From contig OX597815.1 of assembly GCA_951406725.2 (NCBI GenBank), forward strand, positions 110,732,001-110,796,000: 64,000 nt of DNA. The letters are read 5' to 3'. Below, in pieces: positions 12,839 through 27,860 of the stretch. The stretch is from Octopus vulgaris. Lineage: Eukaryota. A model generated the notes under the pieces. That model did not search any database. It saw only the letters and a list, made by a program, of their open reading frames with translations, and was not told the origin of the DNA. The position numbers were made by a program, and so were the translations under genes. Position 1 is the stretch's first letter; each line of letters opens with the position of its first letter.

Positions 12839-14879
12839 ATATGTAATTCTTGACCAAACTTCTGCAATGTTTTACAGATTTTCAAAGTTCCATTAAAGCT
12901 TTGTTATTGTAATGTAATTAGCTGTGTCTTTTCTGGTATGATGACGCCTAGTATTGCATGCGTCTATACGTATGTGTATGTATGAATGTATATACACATG
13001 GTTTGATAGATTCATGCATGTATGTGTGTCCGTTGATATACACGTTTATTCACATATGTATTTGTGGTAGTGAACGCATATGTGTGTTCATGAGTTTGTG
13101 TGAAGCTGTGTCTGAGTGACCGTATATCTCAGCAAGTGTCTGTCTAAATGAATATGTATGCGTGTGTCTATTTCCTTATTTGTGTAAGAATACATTTCTT
13201 AATTAAATTATAAAGTGTATAGTGTGACATCATTAAATTTTGTAGCGATATCTTTTTACCCATAAATACTTCCCTTCATTTGATCTTCAACGGCAATTCT
13301 TTGTAAGAATGTTTCGTCGCTTGATGAATGGCAATCTGTGCATCTGATAACGTACGTAATGACATATGGTTTATTCCTAGAGAGGATTCGAACAAGTGAT
13401 AGCGGTTAATTTACGATCGTTCTTTTGTTTGAAACGTGAAAAAAAACCTACAGATGACTTTGTGTTTGCACTTTAAATTTAGAAATATCTTGAAAAATTG
13501 AGTTATGTTAAGGAGAAAAGTGATTCACTATCGCAAAGAAAAGTTCGTGTACTGGTTTCATCATTGTATTATCACAAAGAGGAATAAGGAAAAGTTTGGC
13601 AACATGAGATCTACTTGATATTTATATGTATTTGTTTTTATTTTGTATTATAATTGGTGAACACCAGCGTTGGTAGATCAGATTTCCAACAAGTCAATCA
13701 GCATTTCTTTAAATTTGTGATGACGAGAACGATATCTGTAATTTGATGCAGAACAAATATCTCAAGGGAATTTGTTCGTAAAACGGTTATTTTCTTCTGT
13801 TCTCGTCGATATTTATGTTCTTCGCCGATATATGCAAGTAAAACATATATGCAAACATTGAGACTGACAAATATATTATGAATAAATATATATATATTTT
13901 ATTATGTTAGATGCAGTTATAATATAATATAATGCCGATAGCTTCGGTTTCTTGTTTACAGAGTGTGTCACTTAACATCCGTCAGTCGATTAATTACATT
14001 TCAGTATGTTGTTGGGAGCAAAAATGGAAATGGTGGAAATTAAGTTATCTTCAGGGAAGTTGTTAAAATTTGTCTCGTTCAAACAGAATAATATTAATAT
14101 TCTCAGAAAAATAGTTATGATATAATCCTCAATTCTCCTTAATTGAAATGCAGACGTCACAAGAGTTATAAGTATACAATTAGCAAGTGATACACTCAAG
14201 CGCGAATGCAGTATTATAGACACACCCATATACTACAACAACAATCAATAACTGCAATGATGCACCAGCAACTGCAGCGGAGTATACATATGTTCAGTCC
14301 CGCCTGTTGCGATATCATTTGGCAGAGCGTTGTTTTGACTTTCTTTATGCTTTAATACGAGGGCTATAAGGAGATGCCATAAGGAATTGCTATAAAGATC
14401 AGACACAAGGAACAGCTATAAGGAACAACACACACAGAAGTGCGCGATAGTGTGATATGCAATAGCTTCGTCTACAATTAAGACATTTGTTAATTAACAT
14501 TACGCTCTGTACTTATCATCTGATTATATACGAGACCAGAGGAGAATCGCTTATGAATTCGCATTACCTCACCAACTGAGCTAATGGATATACTTATATA
14601 CATATATGTAAGTATGTGGCTACGTGTGTATGTATGTATGTATGTATGTATGTATGTATGATTACACACATACACATATATGTGTATATATATGTATGTA
14701 TATATGCAAGTCTGTGTGTATATATCCATATACATTTTCCCAGGGATGCATGTATATAAATATTCAGTAACGGTTATTATTTTGCTACATGTTTAACGAA
14801 AACAATACCATAGACCGGTTGAATAAGCCGTCAGGCGAAACTTAGAGTCCCAGTCAAAATATATTTTATTCTATATTCG

Positions 14880-14948
<69 letters not shown>

Positions 14949-14999
14949 GCATACATACATACACACATACATACATACGTACATAGATACATATGTATG

Positions 15000-15044
<45 letters not shown>

Positions 15045-15897
15045 TATACATACATATTCATATATATATACAAATGTATGCATAAATATATATGCATTTG
15101 TGTGTTTGTGTGTGTGTGTGTGTGATAGGCGCAGGCGTCTCAGTGTGGTAAGAAGTTTACTTCCCAACCATAAGCTTCCGGATTCAGTCCCACTGGATGA
15201 CACCTTGGGCTAGTGTCTACTCCTATAGCCTCGGGCCGACCAAATCGTTGTGAGTGGATTTGGTTGGCAGAAACTAAGTTCCTTATAGAGACACGTAATA
15301 CGCTACAATTACCAAAATGCATTGTTATAGAAATAAGCAAACCAGCAAGAAAATTCACTTGAAGAGACGTATCTGCACTTACGATGTAACACAACTGTTT
15401 GTACACTATTTCACCTGTAAAGTACTTTTGCATGGTGGATCGAAACGATCGTAGTGAATAAAGAGTCTAGTGAATTCCATTTTCTTTCTATCATATTTTT
15501 TTATAAACTCTACAGACACAAAGGAATTCCTGAAGTAAATCCAATGGCATATACCTCCATACTGTTGTTGACATCAGGTAGCCAAATACTGTGAACATGC
15601 TTTAAACAGTGTACTACATAGTGTGTAGCCGAATATAAAATTATAACTTAGATAATACATACATATGTACGCACATACACGCTTACATACGTACATGAAT
15701 ACATGCGCACATACATACATGAGTACATACATACATACATACATACATACATACATACATACATACATACATACATACATACATACATACATACACAGAT
15801 ACATACATGCATATATACGCATATAGATACATGCATACATACATACACACATGCATACATACATACATACACACACATACATACATACATACATACA

Positions 15898-15949
<52 letters not shown>

Positions 15950-16885
15950 CATACATACATACATACATACATACATACATACATACATACATACATACAT
16001 TACATACATACTTTCGTACATACATACAACTCTGGTACTTCGAATAATTACAAGATTTTGAGTGTAAAAGGTTTGGCCCAAACTCCTAGTTTCTCCAATG
16101 AAGCAAAAATCTGTATTATATATTTATTCTGGGTGTCTAAGTCACACCTGATTCAGAAGGGGATTTGTTTTCAAGTTTAGAGTGGCGAATTATACGCTTC
16201 AATTTCCAAGGTAGACAAGTGTATACACATCTCCATATATAAGTCCTTGTGTGTCTATGCATGTGCGAATGTGAGTATGTATGCATGTATGTGTTTCTTT
16301 GTGTATAAGCGCGTATGCATGTATCACCTCGGTTGAACAGGTGTTTGCGCCTGAGGCTAAAATTTGACCCCTTATGGGAGAAACCAACAAACAAGGAATG
16401 AATAGTCCGCACACGCTAAAAGAAGAAATATAATAAAAAGAAATAAAAAGAAAGAAATATATAGAAACACATAAAAGCAAATAAAATATAATTTTAGTCT
16501 TTTCAATGCCGTTACCAATTTTTCTAATAATATCTTGAATGAATTAGGTGAGAAATATATTTTTCAAATATCATAAGGTAGAATGAATGATATAAAAATA
16601 AATAAGATGAAACAAGAATACATAAATAACTACAAAATAATGAAGTAAATAAAAGAAATAAACAACAAACAAGCGAATCTACATATATTGTTAAACTAGT
16701 ATCTATTGTGTTGTATTATAGACTAGCACCATACCCTCTCATCGAGACCTTACTTTGTCGGCACTAGACTTCAGGTAACTCGTGTAAGGCTCAGCCCATT
16801 GAACGCATTCAACCGTTATCATCGCTACAATCCCACATGCACGCACTCCCGCACACGCACGAACGCACGCACGCGCGAACACACA

Positions 16886-16952
<67 letters not shown>

Positions 16953-17008
16953 GCACAGATATGAGAAAGTGTACGCTTGTATATTTGGTAACGTTGACTT
17001 GTGTGTGT

Positions 17009-17053
<45 letters not shown>

Positions 17054-17072
17054 CACATATATATATATAATG

Positions 17073-17115
<43 letters not shown>

Positions 17116-17146
17116 GTATATATATATATGTATATATATTTATATG

Positions 17147-17177
<31 letters not shown>

Positions 17178-18495
17178 ATGTATATATATACGTGCATGCA
17201 CTCACATACATATATTATATATACACGCGCGCGCGCTCACACACCCATACACCTTTATACTTGTTTATTTATATATTTATACAGTAGTGCGTGTAAAAAA
17301 ATGTGTGTCCTTTGAGGTCGGTATTAGTAAGCTGGGAAAATTACCGAGTCATGTCGACGAACTTGGCTTATCCCATTTTGTTATGGCTAAAGTCAATATT
17401 GACGGTCAGACGTGGCTGTGGTTTGCTTTAAATCAACAACAAAGGCCAATGCCTCACACAAGGACAGATATATCATAAATTACAACGACAATAACCTCAG
17501 ATACTTCTAGAAACTGCTGTACCTGTTCTTTTTAAAACCTCGAATCAAAATCTCAGTACAGCAACGATAAATATGGAAGCGGCCGAATTTAGAGCCTATA
17601 GTGATACCAAATAATTGACAAATTAAAGAAGCCGTATATCAACCTCCATCGAGCAGCATTACCACATTTTGTAGGTTTTAACGATATTAAAAATTTACTT
17701 AATGTAGCGAAATAGAATTTTTTTCTGTGGTTGAGCTCAAGTAAAAAAAAATCATATTAATAAGCCTGACATTTGTTGCAGACCTTTTCTCTATTATACA
17801 AATCACAAATGTTGCACTGGTTTATATTCGTAAACCATGTATACTTACTTCCTAATCGCATTACTTTTGATCAGGCTGCAAACCCCGGTCAAGCGTAAGA
17901 TGAGAACGGGCAAGTTTTATTTGGTAGGCCACCAAGTGCTTGGGCCAATTACTGTTTTAGCTTTGTAATCATCATGATGCCGAAGGAAGGCCACCTTCTT
18001 ATAATAGGCTATACATTAAACTATATAAAAACCAGAGTAGGAAGAAAGAAGTAGTGGTTTGCGCCGGCAAAAATCTAGTAAGTTCGTATGTCCTGAAAAG
18101 ATACTTGAAGCAAAATCCTTCAAGGGAAACTTTTTTTATGTTTATGTTATTATTGATAATATTACATAACAAGCATGACCGCAGCTTTAAAGCTAAAACA
18201 TTTTTATAGAACAATTCCCCATGTTACGGAAGGTTTGCATTCATGAAAGTTTTATCGAAACGAGAAATTTTTGTGGCGCGGAACATCTTTTCTTCTTATT
18301 GTAGATTGAGGTGCATTCCTATAGAGGGAAGTATTCTTTTTAACTTTTACTTTTGTTCCGAAGAAATAATGACTTCTTTTATTTATGAAAATAATCGTTT
18401 TTAGACACGTAGTAGAGCGTATACATTTAAATTGAAGTATGTTAGATAATAAACTTTTAGCTTTGGCTTGGTTGAACGTCATGTTTATCAATATA

Positions 18496-18883
18496 CTAGC
18501 AGTATCGCCCGGCGTTGCTCGGGTTTGTTTCGACCCTTTAGAATTGGAATTTTTGAAAAGTAAAAATTTTGCATTATGTAGCTTGTTATTCTCTTTAAGT
18601 GAACAGTTTTCTGGTTGAAATACATAGAAAAATGGCGACACAGCAGTCAAAAAATCGTAAAAAATAAGGATTTTCATAGAAAAAAAAGCACCTTTTTGAT
18701 GTAAATAATTTTTGGTGTTAACATGGTCCAATTTGAAATTTATCTTCTACGGAATGAAGAGCTAGCCTTCTATCATACTCTCAATTTTGGTCAACTTGCA
18801 CCGCAGAATCTCGGAGGAGATAGTGTTAGTTGAAGGCTACCAAACCTGCCACACACAAACAACTTCAGCTTTATATATATAGA
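18496..18883 (-). mobile_element. Non-autonomous Helitron
   Basis: Minus strand starts A|TCTATATATATAAAGC, ends with hairpin CCCGAGCAACGCCGGG then CTAG|T; A/T insertion site, no TSD. Confidence 0.85.
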
Positions 18884-21138
18884 TTACGCCCAGTTTCATT
18901 GTTGATCTATACACTCTGTAACTTTTCCTTATGAAGCTCATTGCAGCAATTTGTTTTTAAAATCTGTGCAGTTAATGGTCTTGATTGTAGTGGTCAGCAC
19001 CGGTAAAAATCTAGTAAATTTTGTAGTTTTGTGTAAGTTTGTACGCCCTGAAAAGACGAGGATATTCATACTTGAAGCAAAATCATTCAAGAGAAACAAT
19101 CATTTTGTTTCATGTTTGTGTTAGTACTGAAAATTTGTACATTCCAATTCCCCACGTTGCAATCATTTCCCTTGTTTGCAATATGACTGAGATATTCTCC
19201 TCGCAAGAAACCTTCGTAAAAAAATCAACTTTAACGTCAAGTAACTTCTTTAAGCCCCCTTTCCATTCTGTTGTCTTATTTTCCATTTCTTAATGGCCTC
19301 TTTCTACCTATCTTCTGAAATGCTAATACTGAAAACACTGTAATTTTACAAAACTTAAATTTGAAAGTGGCGGCGATAAAAAGGATGTCTACTTCAAATA
19401 TCTATTTAAAAAAAAAATACTTTTCATACGATTGTGTAAATTTGTGTATACACGCATGCATTTATGCATATATACACAGATATTAATTTGGAAAATTTCT
19501 AAGATTTACTCGAGATTCGGTGAATGAAACTGAGAAATACGCAACTCAATGTTACTATAAATTTTCGTTCCTCAATAATTTGTTACTACTTTATGGATCA
19601 TGGATAAAAAGATCTTAGGAGAGGTCGGTTTTTTTTGGTTGTGAGAGACAAGCTTGAAGTTCATCGACAACCACATCCGTAATTTCCTTCATTGTGAGAG
19701 TACAGGGGTAGGTGTAGCGTAGGTAGCAGATAGCTGTTAGGATTTTTCGGTCGCTTATAAGGTTGCTACTGCGCTTTAATAAGTATGGTCATCAAAGGAC
19801 AGACAGTTCAAGTGCAAGAAGATCATCGTATTCGACGACATAAATAAATAATGTGTGTGTGAGAGAGAGGGAGTGACGTCCTGTGCCCACACGCACGCAC
19901 ACACACACACACACACACATATTATTTTATATTATTATATGATTGAACGCCATGCATCCTCTTCTCAGTAAGTTTTATCTTAATAATTCTGATGCGCACT
20001 CTATCCTATCCTTTTACTCTTTCGTTTTTCTCTCTTCCTCTCTCTCTTATTCTTTTACCTCCTCTTCTTCCATTATTCTATCCTAATACTCTTTCTCTGT
20101 TTCTTTCTTATTCTTGTTCTCCTACCTCCACTTTTCCCCCTCCTGTTTTTTCTCACTTATCCTACCTCCAAATTGTTTCCTCTCCCCTTCACAGTTCTCT
20201 GTTTGTCACTCTCTCTCCCTCACTCTTTCTCCTTTGCTCACGTGGCACCCACATGACCATCGGCCATCTTTCTTCTCCTAACTAGTGTTTCTCTCCGTTG
20301 TAGCTGGATCAAGGAGGACGTGTTCTTGTCTGTCTCCTATCCATGCCTGATTTACGCGTTCGCCACCAAAACCTCGTTTAGGCTTAGCAGCCCTTCCTGT
20401 TTGTTTTCACTGTTCCTCCGCAAATATCCCAAATTTTATTTAATTTGCTTTGCTGGAGCAACTGTTTTATCAAAAGCGTATCTTGCTGTGAATTACAATG
20501 TATGTATGTATGTATTTATGTATGTATGTATGTATGTATGTATGTATGTATGTATGTATGTATGTATGTATGTATGTATGCATGCACAATATTCCTGAAG
20601 GTCAGCAATGGACTTCCTGATCACGAGTGGACGGCCTTCATCATGTATGTATCTATGTATGTATGTATGTATGTATGTATGTATGTATGTATGTATGTAT
20701 GTATGTATGTATTGTATGCATGTATGTATATATGTAGCTAAATAGATAGAAAGACAGGCAGACAGAATGCACTTCGCAAACAAAAATGCAGACATATACA
20801 ATGTGTGTGCAAAAATGCACACACATACACACACACAGATAGCCATACACAGACATACTGGCGTGAATGTATGCCTTCTTATATGCGATTGCATTTATCT
20901 ACATGTGAATATACACATATTTGCATGGATTTAGTCAAGCGCTTAATATTGTATGTAGATAAGTGTTTGTGAGTGTATGAGTATATGTGTATATGCGCCT
21001 GTATGCATGTATGTATCTGTGTACGCGCACACCTATATCAAACATTATCTTTTAAATAAGGTTCAATGAGCCAACGATCCATGTCATAAACTAAACCTAT
21101 ACAACTATGTAAATGCCCGTATGTATGTGATGTGTGTA

Positions 21139-21174
<36 letters not shown>

Positions 21175-21408
21175 CGTGTGGAGGGTGTTTGTGTAATTAC
21201 GCTTAAGTATGTATGTATTCATAAACAGATACACCCCGTACATGTATACATACATACCATGCATGCATAATCAAGGAATTAAACCAAGCAACCCCGCACC
21301 AATCAAGACTAACCCCCATGATCCAAACCTCACCCACTAACATCATCATTACTCCCCCTTACACACACACACACACACACACATACCGCCTGAACCACCA
21401 CCACCACC

Positions 21409-21455
<47 letters not shown>

Positions 21456-21826
21456 CCTTATCAGTGTCTTTCTGTATAACTTAACTTCTCCACTTCTTCA
21501 CGCACACAAAAGGAGTTTTCGGTATTTTTATGACCGGTCATTAGATGGCAGCACCTGGCAATTAACGATCGTTAACAACTCACTGTTGTCCGACTACAAT
21601 CGCTTCCACAGTGACCTCACTGACCAGATGGAAGCTTTAGCATTTATAATGATTTCAATGAAAACGAACTATCGACTCATAGAGATGTAAACTGTATTCT
21701 GATACATTATAATACTACTACAACTAAAACGGAAATCGTTCACGAATATAAATAACTATATGAAACTCTTCCCAGAGTAGGTGACGTTAACAATATTTTC
21801 TTTCACTCTCTCTTTACCTTTTATTT

Positions 21827-21857
<31 letters not shown>

Positions 21858-22620
21858 GTGCTGGCAGAAACGTTAGCACGCCGGGCGAAATGCTTAGCGG
21901 TATTTCGTCTGCCGCTACGTTCTGAGTTCACATTCCGCCGAGGTCGACTTTGCCTTTCATCCTTTCGAGGTCGATAAATTAAATACCAGTTACGCACTGG
22001 TGTCGATGTAATCGACTTAATACCTATGTCTGTCCTTGTTTAGCCCCTTGTGGGTAATAAAGAAATAGGTATTTCGTCTGCCGCTACGTTCCGAGTTCAA
22101 ATTCCGCCGAGGTCGACTTTGCCTCTCATCCTTTCGGGGTCGATAAATTAAGTACCAGTTACGCACTGGTGTCGATGTAATCGACTTAATCCGTTTGTCT
22201 GTCCTTGTTTGTCCCCTCTGTGTTTAGCCCCTTGTGGGTAGTAAAGAAATAAGTATTTCGTCTGTCGTTACGTTCCGAGTTCAAATTCCGCCGAAGTCGA
22301 CTTTGCCTTTCATCCTTTCGGGGTCGATAAATTAAGTACCAGTTACGCACTGGTGTCGATATAATCGACTTAATCCGTTTGTCTGTCCTTGTTTGTCTCT
22401 TCTGTGTTTAGCCCCTTGTGGGTAGTAAAGAAATAAGTATTTCGTCTGTCGTTACGTTCCGAGTTCAAATTCCGCCGAAGTCGACTTTGCCTTTCATCCT
22501 TTCGGGGTCGATAAATTAAGTACCAGTTACTCACTGGTGTCGATGTAATCGACTTAATCCGTTTGTCTGTCCTTGTTTGTCCCCTCTGTGTGTAGCTCCT
22601 TGTGGGTAGTAAAGAAATGT
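21858..22620 (+). mobile_element. SINE family B tandem tetramer (~175-185-bp units)
   Basis: Four head-to-tail units beginning tatttcgtctg at ~21901, 22070, 22254, 22438; only the first keeps most of the tRNA head. Confidence 0.9.
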
Positions 22621-24870
22621 ATTTATTTTTAATGTACATCATAGTCGCAGACATAGCTGCGTGGTTAAGAATCTCATTTAGGAACCACAGGCTTTCGGGT
22701 TCAATCTCTTAGAAATAATTATAAAGTGGTGGGAAATAAACGTTTGACAATGACTTGTAATATATTTCATACATTTCGGCTTTCTTATGTTTTGGGTAGG
22801 CTCGGAAAAAATTTGACCCTATTTCAACCATATTCTTATCTCATCAGCAAAGTATTGCAGGCTCAGTTGAATACTGAGTGCTCCCTTATCAGATGCTCCC
22901 TTATCAGCGATGCATCATATATGCTGTAGCCACGAGGAATGTATCCTTGATTAAATGTATATATAAACGGTGCCTCAGAAGCTATATGTCCATTAAATAA
23001 GTGTATTTAGAAAGAGAGACAGAGAGAGACAGAGACAGAGAGACAGACAGATAGACAGACAGACAGACTGACTGAGATAGAGAAAGAGGGGCAAGATAGA
23101 GAGGGTGATGTATCGAATCGGTATTTTACTGGACTGGTTCTTTATTTATTGATCCCGAAAGAGGATAATAAAGTAGACCTGGTGAGATTTGAACTCTGAC
23201 AGCCGACAACATAACCGAATGCGGTAAGGCATTCAATGTAAAGCGCTAACAAGTCTACTAATTTGCCTCTTAGATGTATACATGTTTATATGTGTGAATA
23301 AGTCTAAGAATATATATGTTAAAATATACAAAAGCAAACCACGTGAGAAGGGGTTTCTTTTTGCAGGTTAGCTTGTAGTTTTCTGTTACGCGGGGAAGAG
23401 AAAGCAGTGTCTGTGCCGAAAGAGATGAATGAGAAGGAATTATAAGGAGTGCTAGATTAGATAGATATTGACTGGGTATGAGCCTGTAGTTTGTGAGACA
23501 AGTATTCATAAAAAAAAGACAGTATAATACAGGAAGGATAAGAAAATGATGAGTGAGAGAGGAAGAGGGCGAAAAGGAGGGAACGAGAGATGTAATGTGA
23601 TAAAATAACTGAAATATAGAGAGTAAACGAATGGCAGATATGAAAAGAGAAATGAAATAGTATTTGTTACCGGAGTAGGGAGAGACGTTATGATCCGAAA
23701 AGCTGTAAGTGGAACATTTGATTCGGAAAAATAAACGTGTGTGTGTAAGTGTGTATGTGTGTGTGGGGATAGGCTAAGAGTCACAATGGTGATTCAATAC
23801 TCTCTTTACTCTTTTACTTGTTATAGTCATTTGACTGCGGCCATGCAGGAGCACCGCCTTTAGTCGAGAAAATCGACCCCAGGACTTATTCTTTGTAAGC
23901 TTAATACTTATTCTATCGGTCTCTACCGAGGCTGTAGTAGAAGACACTTGTCCAAGGCGCCACGCAGTGGGATTGAACCCGGAACCATGTGGTTGGTAAG
24001 CAAACTACTTACCACACAGCAACTCCTACGCCAATATTTAATAAGTTTTTAATTTTTTGTTTCAAATTTACAATACCCCAGTATCATATACATATACATT
24101 AATACATGCATCAAGCAGACTTATGAAGGGAAGGCGTTCCGACCACGACCATCGAGCTCATGCCCATTTTGTTTGGTACTGTCCGTCTGGAAGTACATTA
24201 TCCAGTGAGTCCTTGCTTATATTAAAACGATGTGGGTATAATGATACGACGGAGATGAGGCTGCAATTTCGACAGGTGGCACAATCACATAAAAGATCTC
24301 CGGCAGGAAAAGTAGTATGGTACGTTGTTTGTGTGCGGCTAAAATTAAGCTTGAATGCTTCCATGTTTACACGATTTGAATAACGAATATTTATGTGAGT
24401 GTATATATATACAATATGTTTGTGTAAAATGGGTCAGAGAAATAATCCACTTGGGGACAGGTGTACTATAAACATATCTTTTATTTTCTCATTCATTTTA
24501 CAATGTTTTTAACACTTTTTTATGTAAAGGTTTACATTTAAGAAAACAAAAATAAAAACGCATACACACAAACACGCACACATAAAAATCAGCAAATCAA
24601 TGTATTCCAAAAAACGAACAGCTCCCCTTCTGTCTGTCTCTGTCTCTCTCTCCCTCTCTCTGTCCTTCTGTCTGTCTCTCTGTTTCTGTTTGTCTGTATG
24701 CTTCCCCCTCTCTCTAGCTTTCTCTGTCTGTCTGTCTGTCTGTCTCTCTCTTTCGACTTCACGAACTCTCTTAATTGCAACTCTTGAATGGTTGGCTGTG
24801 ACTTGTGAACGTTAGTGGTATATATGATGCCAAAAATAAATGGCAAATGGTGTGAAAAACTGAGTCTGTT

Positions 24871-24928
<58 letters not shown>

Positions 24929-27104
24929 CATGCTTACCTGCGCGCGCATCCATGTGTGTGTATGTGCGTTAGTGGAAGCGAGAAAGTAGGTGAGACACAG
25001 CGTCGGTCACCCAAGAACTAATTTCATGCTGGAGCCTTTCATTTTAGAATTATTGTCATCTGGAACAATAGTTATTGTGGTGGTTCAACTTCAGGTCGGG
25101 CTTGACTGGAAAGACGTTACAGCCATGACTATCACGTTTTTTTTGCTTTTCTGAGACATACTATACGTGAGTCTATACCATCCAACTTTTTTTAAGACGG
25201 TAGATAATTGTTGTTCGAGTGAGATTAGGTTCTATTTCTTATTTCTTTATTGCCCACAAGAGACTAAACATAGAAGGGACAAACAAAGATAGACAAACGG
25301 ATTAAGTCGATTATATCGATTCTAGTGCGTAACTGGTACTTAATTTATCGACCCCGAAAGGATGAAAGGCAAAGTCGACTTCGGCGGAATTTGAACTCAG
25401 AATGTAACAGCAGACGAAATACTGCTAAGCATTTCGCCCGGTGTGCTAACGCTTCTGCCACCTCACCGCCATTAGGTTCTATTTCTGGCCGGTCAAACGA
25501 CATTGTTTGCTCGAATATAAACTAATGACCTTTGATACTTAATTCTAGCTGGTACTAATCGAGCAAACTTATAAACAATGGGATTCCAGCCATAGCCGTC
25601 CCTTTTTTAGACTACATCATTCAATGTAGTGACAGAACGTAATTTGAAGGAAATGTCACTGCTATTTCTAGTAGAGTTAGGATTATGAAGATGTTTCCTC
25701 AATGCCTCGTGATAAACCGAGAGCCAGAAGTAACGACGACCGAGACAAAAGAGAAAAAAAGCGATATATGTATGCATGCATGTATGTATGTATGTATTCT
25801 TTTATACTTTTATTATTATACTTGTTTCAGTCATTTGACTGCGGCCATGCTGGAGCACCACCTTTAGTCGAACAAATGGACTATTTAATCGACCCCGAAA
25901 GGATGAAAAGCAAAGTCGACCTCGGCGGAATTTGAACTCAGAACATAGCGGCAGATGAAATACCGCTAAGCATTTCGCCCGGCGTGCTAGCGTTTCTGCC
26001 AGCTTACCGCCTTATGAACCACTAAGTTACTGGGAAGTAAACACACCAATATCGGTTGTCAAGCAATGGGGGTGGGGTACACACACACACACACACGCAT
26101 ATATTCGACGGGCTTCTTTCAGTTTCCGTCTACCAAATCCACTCACATGGCTTTGGTTGGCCGAGACTATAGTAGAAGACACTCACCGAAGGTTCCACGC
26201 AGTGGGACTGAACCCGGAACCATGTGGTTGGGAAGCAAGCTTCTTACCATACACCCACTCCTGCGCCTATGTACATATGTATGATATCATATTTTTTTAT
26301 TTATTTATTTGAATTTTTGATGAAATTTAGATGACACGACTTATGTGTTGAGCTTTAGAAAAGGTTGGCATATTTTAACTGTTCTATGTACAAACTGTGT
26401 TAGTAAAGTGTCTGTTTACTGGTCTCTTTCTCACCTGAAAACTTCGTTTTTCGAAACTGTCACTTTAAACAGTGGATAAAAATAACCAAGTACGGCAATA
26501 AAAAGAGTTATATATTATTAGTACAAAAGTTAATATGAGTAGAAAAAAAAATGTAGATGGCGAAGCGTTTTATTCTTTTATTTTTTTTACTCATCTCAGT
26601 CATTTGATTGCGGCCATGCTGGAGCACCGCTTTTAGTCGAACAAATCGACTCCAGGACTTATTCCATGTAAGTCTAGTACTTATTCTATCGGACTATTTT
26701 GCCGAACCGTTAAGTTACGGGGACGTAAACACACCAATATCGGTTGTCAAGCGATGGTGGGGTAACAAACGCAGACACACACACATATATATATATATAT
26801 ATGTATATATACACGACGTGCTTCTTTCAGTTTCTGTCTGCCAAATCCACTCACAAAGCTTTGGTCGGCCCGAGGCTATCGTAGAAGACACTTGCCCACG
26901 GTGCCACGCAGTAGGACTGAACCTTCAACCATGTGGTTGTTAAGCAAGCTTCTTACCACACAGTCACGCCTTTACCTATATATATATATATATCACCGTG
27001 ACCGACCAGGCAATCAGATGTTGCTACACATCGCTGGTCACAATGCGCTTTGCATTGTTTTAGCCTTCGAATGACGCCACCCCGCTGGCTAGGCGAGCAG
27101 GCCA

Positions 27105-27135
<31 letters not shown>

Positions 27136-27860
27136 CATCACCATCATCATCATTTAACGTCCGTTTTTCTCCATGCTGGCATGGGTTGGTCGGTTTGACT
27201 GGGGACTGGCAAGCCAAGAGGCTGCACCAGGCTTTTTACGTGCCACGGGCATGGGGAGCCAGTCAGGCGGTACTAGCATCGGCCACAACTATAATTTCTT
27301 TCGGTTTCCGCCTACTGTCTGTAGTTTTTGCTGTCAAAGTTGTACTAACAGCAGCAGCGTTTACGCAATATAAGTCCCATTATCGATGTAGTCACAGTGT
27401 CTGCTTTGGTACAGAATATGCTAATGGTGAATATGTTACCGTAAGAGACTTTAATGTCAGGAGTTCAGAGTGAACTCGATCATAGCTGAAAGGAAAATGT
27501 GAATGATTTTAAAAATAATTACGCATCCCTGTTTCACTCCAGTTTTCGCTTCAAATTAATCTGTTGTGAAAGACTGACACTGCACTTTGACTTCAATCTT
27601 CTCGTAAAAGAATCGCTTGATTGTTATGGTTTTGATGGTGGTCAAATTTTGCTAGCACTTTTCATAGTTTTACGATTTACAGATTCGAAATGCTTTGGTG
27701 AGCTCAAAGAAAGCCATAAACAGTGAGTCGTACATCTCTGTATTGATCCTTTATCCCTAAATCCGACAAGCATTGGAGAAGATTATGCTACACTGTAGAA
27801 GTTTAATAACACCGAAACATGCCAGGGTCTCCCTCTATGCTACCCATCAAAAGTCAAAAT

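Noticed and set aside
13259-13377. Candidate minus-strand exon NKPYVITYVIRCTDCHSSSDETFLQRIAVEDQMKGSIY
   Set aside because: Phase does not link to the candidate exons at 15383-16824 and no homology is recognisable
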